Of a stretch of 62,745 nt of DNA, positions 54,905-62,745 are shown piece by piece (within the stretch, counting starts at the first letter, position 1; each line of letters begins with the position of its first letter). A model generated the notes under the pieces. The model saw only the letters and a list, made by a program, of their open reading frames with translations. It searched no databases and had not been told where the DNA came from. Where the stretch lies: NCBI GenBank assembly GCA_041694815.1, contig JBGFSC010000012.1, positions 1 to 62,745 of the forward strand, written 5' to 3'. The position numbers and the translations under genes were made by a program. This stretch comes from Elusimicrobiota bacterium. GTDB taxonomy: Bacteria > Elusimicrobiota > Elusimicrobia > UBA1565 > JACRDR01.

Positions 54905-55629
54905 CAGGCGGGGATATTCTCAACGACCGCCGGATCGGGCACGGCGGCCTTCATCGCCGGCGGCCGCCGCAACGGGCGCACCCACTTGGTGAAGCTGGAG
55001 GGCTTGAGCGAATACTCGTGGACGAGGCGGACCACCTCGGAGATCGGGGGGAAGCTCTCCCAATTAAGGCGCAAGATGCGCACGCCCGCCTGCTCCATCT
55101 CGCCGACGAACTGCTCGTAGTTGCTCTTAAGCATCCGGAGGTAATCGAGCGTGATGGTCTGCTCCATGACGCGCCCGCGCCTGCCGATGCGCTCCATGGC
55201 TGTCTCCGCCCTGCAGTCGAGGTAGATGAGCAGCTGGGGAAAGACCAGCTCGCGCAGGACCATATTGTCGAAGAGATCGAGATAGGTGTTGTAATCGAGG
55301 TCCGAGATGATCTTCTCCGGATGCTGGTTGAGCATACGTGCGAAGATCGTGTCTTCCCAAATGGTGCGGTCTTGGACGACGCCACGGATCTTCCCCAGGC
55401 TGATGCGCGTGACGAACTCGCGGTGCTGGCGGAAGCGGTGGTTGAGAAGCCACACCTGCATCATGGTGCCGTAACCCTTCATGTCCCGGTAGAAATGCTC
55501 CAGGTAGGGATTGCCGTCCACCTCCTCGAGGATCGGCTGGAAGTTAAGAGCCTTGGCCAAGTCGACCGTCAAAGTGGATTTTCCGACCCCGATGGTTCCT
55601 GCGATGCCGATATACCCTTCCGCGAACAT
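54904..55629 (-). CDS. Deoxynucleoside kinase family protein
   Basis: GTIGVGKST, NPYLEHFY, DRTIWED, RIGRRGR. Confidence 0.92.
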   Translation of the reverse strand: MFAEGYIGIAGTIGVGKSTLTVDLAKALNFQPILEEVDGNPYLEHFYRDMKGYGTMMQVWLLNHRFRQHREFVTRISLGKIRGVVQDRTIWEDTIFARMLNQHPEKIISDLDYNTYLDLFDNMVLRELVFPQLLIYLDCRAETAMERIGRRGRVMEQTITLDYLRMLKSNYEQFVGEMEQAGVRILRLNWESFPPISEVVRLVHEYSLKPSSFTKWVRPLRRPPAMKAAVPDPAVVENIPA

Positions 55630-55633
55630 ATGT

Positions 55634-55660
55634 TACTCGCCCCCCCACGGGGGGCGAGTA
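55634..55660 (-). repeat. Perfect 12-bp hairpin just before the dNK start (copy 2)
   Basis: Minus strand TACTCGCCCCCC-GTG-GGGGGGCGAGTA. Confidence 0.8.
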
Positions 55661-55690
55661 GCGGGGGGCCCTCCCATGTTGTCTTTGGTT

Positions 55691-56770
55691 TTAATTGGTT
55701 TTTACCTCTTGTTCTATCCCTCTCATCGCCAGCTTGACGTCGTCCGGGTTTGAGGCTGCGGCCAGGACCTCCTCCTCGGCCACCAGGCCGTCCTTGTAGA
55801 GCTTGACCAAGGACTGGTTGAAAGTCTGCATCCCGTAAAAGGCCCCCTTGCTCAGGGCCTGGCTGATCCCGACGGAATTGTTCTCCTCGATGAGCTTCTT
55901 GACATGCGCCGTCACGATGAGGATCTCGATGGCGGGTATCCGACCGCCCTTAAGGCAGGCCAGGAGGCGCTGGCTGACGACCGCCTTGAGGCTGTCGGCC
56001 AGCTGGATGCGGATAAGCGCCTGTTGGTGCGGCGGATAGAGATCGATGATGCGGGCGATGGTCTGGATGGCGTCGATGGTGTGCAGGGTGCCGAAGACCA
56101 GATGACCCGTCTGGGCGGCGGTCAGCGCCGCCGAGACGGTCTCCAAGTCCCTCATCTCGCCCATCAGGATCACGTCGGGATCCTGGCGCATCGCCATGCG
56201 CAGCGCGTCCACGTAGGTCGCGGTGTCCTCGCCGATCTCGCGCTGCGATATCAGGCATTTCTTGTCGCGGTGGACGAACTCGATGGGGTCCTCGACGGTG
56301 ATGACGTGCTCGGCGCGCGTCTCGTTGATGTAGTCCACCATGGCGGCCAGGGTGGACGACTTCCCCGATCCCGTGACCCCCGTCACCAGCACCAGCCCGC
56401 GGCTGTTGTCGGCGATCTTGCGCACGGTGGCCACCGGGAGGCGTAGTTCCTCGATGGTCGGGATCTTCATGCTGATGTAGCGCACGGCCATGCACAACAG
56501 CTGCCTTTGGCGGAAGGCGTTGACACGGAAGCGCGCCGTATCGCCGGCCTGGAAGGAAAAATCGCACTCCCCTTTCTGCTCGTAGACCTTCTTAGCCCGC
56601 GGGGTGATTACCTGCATCAGCATCGCCTCGATTTCCTGCCCGGTCACGAGATCCGCGGAAACCGCCTCGAGATTGCCGTCCACACGCAGGAAGGCCGGGG
56701 CGTTGGCTCGGACATGAAGGTCGCTGGCTCGCTTGTTGACCATCGTCTGGAGCAGGGTTTGCAGGTCCAT
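55691..56770 (-). CDS. pilT: PilT/PilU-family type IV pilus ATPase
   Basis: ASDLH, GVTGSGKS, EDPIE, RQDPDVILMGEMRD, GHLVFGTLH, GMQTF. Confidence 0.92.
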   Translation of the reverse strand: MDLQTLLQTMVNKRASDLHVRANAPAFLRVDGNLEAVSADLVTGQEIEAMLMQVITPRAKKVYEQKGECDFSFQAGDTARFRVNAFRQRQLLCMAVRYISMKIPTIEELRLPVATVRKIADNSRGLVLVTGVTGSGKSSTLAAMVDYINETRAEHVITVEDPIEFVHRDKKCLISQREIGEDTATYVDALRMAMRQDPDVILMGEMRDLETVSAALTAAQTGHLVFGTLHTIDAIQTIARIIDLYPPHQQALIRIQLADSLKAVVSQRLLACLKGGRIPAIEILIVTAHVKKLIEENNSVGISQALSKGAFYGMQTFNQSLVKLYKDGLVAEEEVLAAASNPDDVKLAMRGIEQEVKTN

Positions 56771-56783
56771 TATTCTCCGTCCT

Positions 56784-57905
56784 TTATCTCAATTTTTTTA
56801 GCTTCCAATGTAGGAAAGCCGGCTTCGACCAATCCACCGGACCGCCAACCGGGGCCTCGGCCGGCGCCAGGGGAGTCCAATCCTCCGGCGGCAGCGCGCG
56901 CCCGGCATGCAGCAAGGCTCGGGGCGCCGGCTTTACCTTGCGCGCCGGAAAGCCGGTCGCGATCACCGTGATGCGTAAGGCTTCTCCCATGGAATCGTCG
57001 CGGGCGACGCCGAACTTGATCTTGGCCTCCGGGCTGCCCTTGCTCTGGATAAAATCCATCGCCTCCTTCATCTCGGCCAGGGCCAAGCGCTTGTCAGCCA
57101 CCATGTTGACGAGCATGCCCTTGGCCCCATCGATGGAGACGTTTTCCAACAGCGGCGACTGGATGGCCGCCTTGGCCGCCTCCATGGCGCGGTTGGGGCC
57201 CGCGCCCTCGCCGACGCCCATATGCGCCTCGCCGGCGTTGGCCATGATCGATCGGACGTCGGCCATGTCCATGTTGATCTCGCCGGGGGTCGTGATGAGG
57301 TCGGAGATGCTCTGCACGGCCTGACGCAGCACGTCGTCGGCCTTCCGGAAGGCCTCGTCGCTGGAGGTGTCGTCGTCGGTCACGCCGAAGAGGCTGTCGT
57401 TCGGGATGATGAGCAGGGTGTCGACGAACGAGCGCATCTCGCGGATGCCCGTCTCCGCCTGCTGCTCGCGCACCCGCCCCTCGAATTTGAACGGGCGGCT
57501 GACCACCCCGATGGTCAAGGCGTTGGCCTCCTTGGCCAGTTGGGCGACGACGGGTGCCGAACCCGTCCCGGTCCCCCCGCCCATGCCGGCGGTGATGAAC
57601 ACCAGGTCGGCCCCTTCGAGCATCTCGCGTATCTGCTCCTTGGACTCCAATGCCGCCATCCTTCCCTTGGCCGGGTCGCCGCCGACTCCCAGGCCCTTGG
57701 TCAGGTTCTCGCCGATTTGCACGCGCAGCGCGGCCTTGCTCCGCCTCAGGTCCTGGGCGTCGGTGTTGGCGGCCACCAGCTCGACGTCGCGCAGGCCGGC
57801 CTCGACCATGCGGTTGATGGCGTTGCCCCCCGCCCCGCCCAGCCCGACCACCTTGATGACGGCGCGCAGCTCCTTGAGATCGTCGGCGCACTTGATCCGA
57901 ACCAT
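56784..57905 (-). CDS. ftsZ: Cell division protein FtsZ
   Basis: GGAGGNA, GMGGGTGTG, PFKFEG, NMDMADV, PAFL tail. Confidence 0.97.
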   Translation of the reverse strand: MVRIKCADDLKELRAVIKVVGLGGAGGNAINRMVEAGLRDVELVAANTDAQDLRRSKAALRVQIGENLTKGLGVGGDPAKGRMAALESKEQIREMLEGADLVFITAGMGGGTGTGSAPVVAQLAKEANALTIGVVSRPFKFEGRVREQQAETGIREMRSFVDTLLIIPNDSLFGVTDDDTSSDEAFRKADDVLRQAVQSISDLITTPGEINMDMADVRSIMANAGEAHMGVGEGAGPNRAMEAAKAAIQSPLLENVSIDGAKGMLVNMVADKRLALAEMKEAMDFIQSKGSPEAKIKFGVARDDSMGEALRITVIATGFPARKVKPAPRALLHAGRALPPEDWTPLAPAEAPVGGPVDWSKPAFLHWKLKKLR

Positions 57906-57913
57906 CCGTTCTC

Positions 57914-59155
57914 CTAAAACAGGTCCTCGAAGAAAGAGGAGATTTTCCGCCGCAGGCCCGCCGTCTTCCGGCCGAGGGTCCCTCCCCCTCCGGCCCAGGG
58001 GGACTGCGCCTGGGAGAACACGAGCAGGCCCAAGGCCGTGGCGTAGGTGGGGTTGATCAAGGGCTCGGGTACCGACACCAGTTCGCCGTGCGCCAGGCCG
58101 AGGCGCACGGGCATGTTGAGTATCTGCTCGGCGGCCTCGGGCATGCCTCGCAGCATCGCCCCGCCTCCCGTCAACACCGAGCCCACCGGCAACAGCATGT
58201 CCGCGAAATTGGAATTGGCCACCTCCTCCGAAACCGCGCTGAATATCTGCTCGACCCTGGGGAGGATGATTTCCATCATGGTACTGGTCTTGATCCTGTG
58301 CTGGCTGCGCCCGTCGACCCCGGCGAATTCGATCTCCTTGTCGCCGTTGAGAAGCCTCGGGTGCGCGAGCCCGTGCGCCAGCTTGATCTTCTCGGCCGTC
58401 GCCACCGAGGTCCGCAGGCCGACCGCCAGGTCGCGCGTGATCGCGTCGGAGCCCACGGCGATGTCCTTCGAGTACTTGATCCAGCCCTCGGCGTATATCC
58501 CGAGGGAGATGGACTGCCCGCCGAAATCGACGACCAGCACGCCCAACTCCTTCTCCTCGGGCGTGATCAGCAGTTCCGAGGCCGCCAGAAGGCTGTACAC
58601 CGGCTCGCGAACCTCGAACCCCGCCTCCGCCACGGCCTTGGTCAGGTTGTTCAAATGGGAGCTAGAGGCCGTGACAATGTGCACCTCGACTTCGAGCAGC
58701 GAGCCCTCCATGCCGATGGGGTTGGGAACCCCGCGCTGGCGGTCCAGGGAAAAACCCTGGGGCAGGACGTGGAGTATCTCTCGGTCGGCCGACAATGGGA
58801 CGGCCTTGGCATTCTCGATGACGGCGCTGACGTCCTCCGGCGTGATCTGCTTGTCGGTGCGGGCGATATTGTAGGCGCCCCGGTTGTTGAAGGACTGCAG
58901 GTGGCTGCCGCGCACCCCCAGGGTCAGCTCGCGTATCACCTGCTTGGAGGCGGCCTCTACCTGCTCGACGACCTGGGTCACGGCGCGGGCAGTCTCGGGG
59001 ATATTGACGACCACGCCGCCCTTGAGGCCGCGGCACGGTGCGCTGGCGCCGGCGAGCACGCGCACGCCCGGGCCGTCCGGATTCGGGACGCCGACGGCGC
59101 AGGTGACCCTACCGCTTCCCATGTCCAAACCGGCGACAACTTCGGATTTAGCCAC
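57914..59155 (-). CDS. ftsA: Cell division protein FtsA
   Basis: GLDMGS, GLKGGVVVNI, DFGG, LTGGG; directly upstream of ftsZ. Confidence 0.95.
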   Translation of the reverse strand: MAKSEVVAGLDMGSGRVTCAVGVPNPDGPGVRVLAGASAPCRGLKGGVVVNIPETARAVTQVVEQVEAASKQVIRELTLGVRGSHLQSFNNRGAYNIARTDKQITPEDVSAVIENAKAVPLSADREILHVLPQGFSLDRQRGVPNPIGMEGSLLEVEVHIVTASSSHLNNLTKAVAEAGFEVREPVYSLLAASELLITPEEKELGVLVVDFGGQSISLGIYAEGWIKYSKDIAVGSDAITRDLAVGLRTSVATAEKIKLAHGLAHPRLLNGDKEIEFAGVDGRSQHRIKTSTMMEIILPRVEQIFSAVSEEVANSNFADMLLPVGSVLTGGGAMLRGMPEAAEQILNMPVRLGLAHGELVSVPEPLINPTYATALGLLVFSQAQSPWAGGGGTLGRKTAGLRRKISSFFEDLF

Positions 59156-60002
59156 GCAACCCCCGATGAGGCATCGGCACCGCGCGGCCGGGCCGCTGGC
59201 GCTCCGTCGGCCTGACCAAGATGCGGCCGTCCTCGAAATAGCGCAGGTCCACCGTCAGTTCGGAACCGAAGCGCCGTCCCGCGTCCGCGAGCACCTGTTG
59301 GAGCCTCTCGATCTTCTGCTCCGTCCAGTCCAGCGAGCCCCAAAGCACGCGCGAGCCGTCGGAGAGACGCAGCTGCCATCCATCGCTTTTCGATTGGTAG
59401 GCGCCTTGCGACCAGCCGGCCTCGAAGGCCCTCTCCAAGGATACGACCCAACCCGAAACCGCGCCGAGTTCGGCCTGCGGCAGATCACCCAGCTCCAATA
59501 CGGGATCCGGAGGCCTGTCATAGACTCCGGGGGGAGGATCAAAGGCGCGGCCCGTGGAGCCCAACCACCCGCAGGCGCGCCCGCCACGCAGCAGGCGGGC
59601 CACGGGCTGTTGTAGGCGCGCCTCGATCCGCAGAGAGCGCGACAGGCAGTTCCACCGGACGGAGGCCGAGCTCAAAAAGCCTAAACGGGAGTTGAGCCGC
59701 TCGGTGGCGCTCCTGGAGGCGAATGGACCCCACGCGCGACCCGCGACAGGACCCAGGGCATCACGGATCAACGCTTCCGCGCTGGGGGGGACGCCTTCGA
59801 TATCCACGCGCTCGATCCGCAGCCAGCCCGGCGCGGGAAGCAGCGCCGATAGCTGAGGGACGCGAATGCTAGGCGGGCCGAAGCGGTGAAGGAAGGCGCC
59901 GATCGAGGTGGCGGAACCGGCGAAAAGGGCGAAGGCGACCCATCGAGCGCGGCGTTGGCGTCGCATTTGGGGACGAAGGGCCACGCGGTGCTTACGCCTC
60001 AC
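59148..60002 (-). CDS. ftsQ: FtsQ/DivIB-like protein
   Basis: Basic N-terminus, single TM, C-terminal VDLRYF; between murB and ftsA. Confidence 0.78.
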   Translation of the reverse strand: MRRKHRVALRPQMRRQRRARWVAFALFAGSATSIGAFLHRFGPPSIRVPQLSALLPAPGWLRIERVDIEGVPPSAEALIRDALGPVAGRAWGPFASRSATERLNSRLGFLSSASVRWNCLSRSLRIEARLQQPVARLLRGGRACGWLGSTGRAFDPPPGVYDRPPDPVLELGDLPQAELGAVSGWVVSLERAFEAGWSQGAYQSKSDGWQLRLSDGSRVLWGSLDWTEQKIERLQQVLADAGRRFGSELTVDLRYFEDGRILVRPTERQRPGRAVPMPHRGLRG

Positions 60003-60894
60003 CGATCACCTTCATCTCCAACTCCAATTCCAGGCCGAATCGCTCGCGGACCCCGTCCCGAAGGACACCCACCAGCTCCAGGACGTCGGAGGCCGTGGCG
60101 CGGCCGTCGTTCTCGATGAAATTGGCGTGGAGCGGAGAAACCCTGGCCCCGCCGCGGCGCTCGCCCTTGAGACCCGCTCCCTCGATCAATTTCGCGACGA
60201 AATGGCCGGGAGGATTTTTAAAGACGGAGCCCACGTTATAGGTATGGATCGGCTGGGTCTGCTGGCGCCTTTTTTGCAGCTCTTGAATGCGGTTGAGTAT
60301 ATCAACTTTACTCCCCGTTTTCAACACGAGCTCGACGAGCAAAATGACCCGGTTTTCGAGGTTGCTTCCGCGGTAGCGGAATTGGAGCTGCGGGCGTTCG
60401 ACCCAGGCCTCTTGGAGGCCCTGGGGGTCGAAAACCAGGACCCTGTGCACCAGGGAGCCGATCTCGCCCTCGCGCGTGCCCGCGTTCATCACCACTCCTC
60501 CGCCGACCGTGCCCGGGACGCCGACGAGCGTCTCGGCCCCAGCGAGCCCATGCTCGGCGCATTCGACGGCCAACTGCGGCAGGCGCGCCCCCGCTCCGGC
60601 CCGCACGCGGCCTCCTTCCAGGAACTGCAGCCGCTCGAATTCCCCCCTCAAACGGATCACGATCCCGCGCACGCCGCCGTCGAGGCAGAGCAGGTTCGAG
60701 CCGCAGCCGACCATCAGGACGGGAATGCCCCGCTCGCGGGCGAAGGTGAAGATCCCGGGCAATTGCCCCGGTGAAGCGATTTCGAGATAGGCGTCGGCGG
60801 GCCCGCCGATGTGGAAAGTGGTATGCCGGCTCAAGGGCTCCCGGAGCCTGGCCTGCGGGAAGAGATCGAGCAAGGCGGGACCCCATTGCTCCAC
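59992..60894 (-). CDS. murB: UDP-N-acetylmuramate dehydrogenase
   Basis: HTTFHIGGPA, GSNLL, MNAG, GSVFKNP, HANF. Confidence 0.95.
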   Translation of the reverse strand: MEQWGPALLDLFPQARLREPLSRHTTFHIGGPADAYLEIASPGQLPGIFTFARERGIPVLMVGCGSNLLCLDGGVRGIVIRLRGEFERLQFLEGGRVRAGAGARLPQLAVECAEHGLAGAETLVGVPGTVGGGVVMNAGTREGEIGSLVHRVLVFDPQGLQEAWVERPQLQFRYRGSNLENRVILLVELVLKTGSKVDILNRIQELQKRRQQTQPIHTYNVGSVFKNPPGHFVAKLIEGAGLKGERRGGARVSPLHANFIENDGRATASDVLELVGVLRDGVRERFGLELELEMKVIGEA

Positions 60895-60962
60895 AGCGCA
60901 AACTGTAGCAATTTTGAACCGGATTTGAGTTTCCCCTGAGCGCGCGGCCCTATACTGCGTTT

Positions 60963-61136
60963 ATGAACCTTTTCGTCTCAGAACTCGCGGGATTCTACGA
61001 CGCCGGTACGGCCGACCTCCATGTTTGGGGAATCGTTTTTCTCGCCGCGTCGCTGGGCCTACTGGCGGCCGGGATCTACCACGCGGCTCGTTGCTCGAAA
61101 TCCACCGATCAAGAACTTCATTCCGACAAGGGCTAA
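60963..61136 (+). CDS. 57-aa single-TM protein absent from the ORF track
   Basis: MNLFVSELAGFYDAGTADLHVWGIVFLAASLGLLAAGIYHAARCSKSTDQELHSDKG; TATACT 6 nt before ATG; fills an intergenic gap. Confidence 0.55.
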   Translation: MNLFVSELAGFYDAGTADLHVWGIVFLAASLGLLAAGIYHAARCSKSTDQELHSDKG

Positions 61137-61156
61137 CTGATACAATCGGCCCTCGG

Positions 61157-62629
61157 ATGGATGAACTCGGCTCGGGAAAACGCCTGTCCGCCGCGCTGGC
61201 ATTGCTTTGTGCTGCCGCCGTATCGGCGATTTTCTGGCCCATGCTGGAGGGCGGCTTTCTCGAACTCGACGACCCCTTTTTCATTACCGCCAATCCCGTG
61301 GTCCAGGCCGGACTGAGCGCGCGCGGGCTTCGTTTGGCGTTGGTGTCGGCCTACGGCGATCTCTGGCATCCATTGACCTGGCTGTCGCATATGCTGGCCT
61401 GCCAATTCTTCGGGCTCGAACCCCGCGGGCACTTAGCGGCCAATCTCATGCTCCACGCCGCCAACGCGGCCCTTCTCTGCTATGTGCTCGCCGCCTCCAC
61501 GGGCGCCCCATGGACCGCCGCCGCCGCCGCGTCCTTCTTCGCGCTGCACCCGCTGCGCGTCGAATCCGTCGCCTGGATCGCCGAACGAAAGGACGTATTG
61601 AGCGGCTTTTTCTTCTTCTGCAGCCTGGCGGCCTATGCCGGCTGGACCCGGCGGCCGACGCCGCAGCGCTACGCGCTGCTTTTGCTCGCCTTCGCGGCCG
61701 CGCTCATGTCGAAGCCCATCGTCGTCACCCTGCCCTTCTGCCTTGTCTTGATGGACTATTGGCCGCTTGGGCGCTTGGAGGGAGGGCGCGCGACGGCCCG
61801 GCTCTTGCGGGAAAAGATCCCGCTACTTGCCATGTCGGCCGCCGCCTGCGCCCTGACCCTCGCGGCCCAAAGGCCGCACCTGGCCTCTACCAATGAGTTC
61901 CCGTGGGCCATACGCCTCGCGAGCGCGCCCGTCTTCTACCTCCAATACCTCAAGAACATTCTCTGGCCCGTCTCCCTCTCCATCTATTACCCCCACCCGG
62001 GCCACTCGCTGCCCGCGGCCCACGCCCTGGCCGCCGCCGCCTGCTTGGCAGCTCTCTCGGCCGCCGCCTGGGCCATGCGCCGCCGCCTCCCGTTCCTATG
62101 GATGGGCTGGCTATGGTTTCTGCTCATGCTTCTTCCCGTCATCGGGCTAATCCAAGCCTTCGATCGCTCCATCGCCAATCGCTTCACGTATCTCCCCCAG
62201 GCAGGGCTCTGCTTCGCCCTTGCCTGGACGCTGCTTGAATTCCAAAAACGCGGGCGGGCCCGTGCGGCGGCGCTCGCCTGCGCCTGCGTGGCGGCGCTGG
62301 CCGCCTGCGGCTGGGCCGTCCGGCGGGAACTGGCCGACTGGAGGGAGCCGTCTAAGCTCTATGAGCGCGCCCTGGCCCTGGCCCCCGAGAACGAAAAGCT
62401 GCACAACAGCCTCGGCATACGGTTGGCCTCCCGGGGAAGGCTGCAGGAAGCGAGGGCCCATTTTCTCGAGGCGCGGCGGCTCAACCCGAAGGACCCGGAC
62501 GTATGCAACAATTTAGGCCTGCTGTCGCTGATGCAGGGCCGCGGCGCCGAAGCGCGGGAATATTTCAAGGCCGCACTACTCATCAATCCCGCCCATCCCG
62601 CCGCCCTCGGCAATTTATCCCGATCCTGA
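61157..62629 (+). CDS. GT-C membrane glycosyltransferase with C-terminal TPRs (TMTC-like)
   Basis: LDDP, WHPLTWLSH, FALHPLRVESVAWIAERKD, MSKP, ANRFTYLP, TPR tail; TG-n-TACAAT upstream. Confidence 0.85.
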   Translation: MDELGSGKRLSAALALLCAAAVSAIFWPMLEGGFLELDDPFFITANPVVQAGLSARGLRLALVSAYGDLWHPLTWLSHMLACQFFGLEPRGHLAANLMLHAANAALLCYVLAASTGAPWTAAAAASFFALHPLRVESVAWIAERKDVLSGFFFFCSLAAYAGWTRRPTPQRYALLLLAFAAALMSKPIVVTLPFCLVLMDYWPLGRLEGGRATARLLREKIPLLAMSAAACALTLAAQRPHLASTNEFPWAIRLASAPVFYLQYLKNILWPVSLSIYYPHPGHSLPAAHALAAAACLAALSAAAWAMRRRLPFLWMGWLWFLLMLLPVIGLIQAFDRSIANRFTYLPQAGLCFALAWTLLEFQKRGRARAAALACACVAALAACGWAVRRELADWREPSKLYERALALAPENEKLHNSLGIRLASRGRLQEARAHFLEARRLNPKDPDVCNNLGLLSLMQGRGAEAREYFKAALLINPAHPAALGNLSRS

Positions 62630-62745
62630 GGACGTCGGGCACATCGTTACCAGCTAACGAACGCTGAAGCAGGCTAAAGTCGAAGGGATAGTGATCTAAA
62701 AGCACGGGAGGGAAATTAGCGATATTAGCGTCAACGCTGCCCGGT

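Noticed and set aside
58088..59215. Long antisense ORFs (here opposite ftsA; similarly 28587-29738, 23492-24727, 26152-27270)
   Set aside because: Expected stop-poor shadow frames in high-GC coding DNA, with no recognisable motifs
1..62745. CRISPR array, rRNA, prophage or integron
   Set aside because: No regularly spaced repeats, rRNA motifs, phage structural genes, integrase or convincing attC sites were seen
62630..62745. Open minus-strand frame entering from the right edge
   Set aside because: Too short and truncated to call as a gene end or an RNA

Overview
GC-rich, gene-dense chromosomal segment from a diderm bacterium. Elusimicrobiota is a tentative guess from gene content only. Genes run almost entirely on + up to about 44.15 kb and almost entirely on - from about 44.5 to 60.9 kb. 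A dif-like XerCD site (44189-44216) lies in the AT-rich gap at that switch, so the window probably spans the replication terminus. The left arm carries: the end of an IS21-like element, a Phd/VapC toxin-antitoxin pair, a MoxR-DUF58-Bat (VWA/TPR) operon split by a ~5 kb insert (two AT-richer secreted-protein genes, zinc-ribbon protein, RNase H, hmgA, a half-size HPPD-like gene), aspA/fumC, a minimal paa-like aryl-CoA cluster with one diiron subunit, a B12 radical SAM gene, a second MoxR with a DUF58-transglutaminase fusion, miaB/PilZ/miaA/hflX/plsY/gpsA, HU, three tRNAs, a group-2-like sigma factor, a nucleotidyltransferase pair and two beta-barrel proteins. The right arm carries murB-ftsQ-ftsA-ftsZ-pilT-dNK-pgeF-hisC-cmk-plsC x2-short S1-TPR-BamA/TolB-like-lysA. 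The most notable signals are (i) a winged-helix gene with repeated operator-like half-sites and a 29-bp palindrome beside the dif-like site, (ii) widespread leaderless-promoter architecture, which also reveals an uncalled 57-aa membrane protein, (iii) a covarying hairpin covering two translation starts, (iv) a shared upstream motif at two secreted-protein genes, and (v) reduced aromatic-catabolism enzymes. All calls come from motif recognition by eye; no searches were run.
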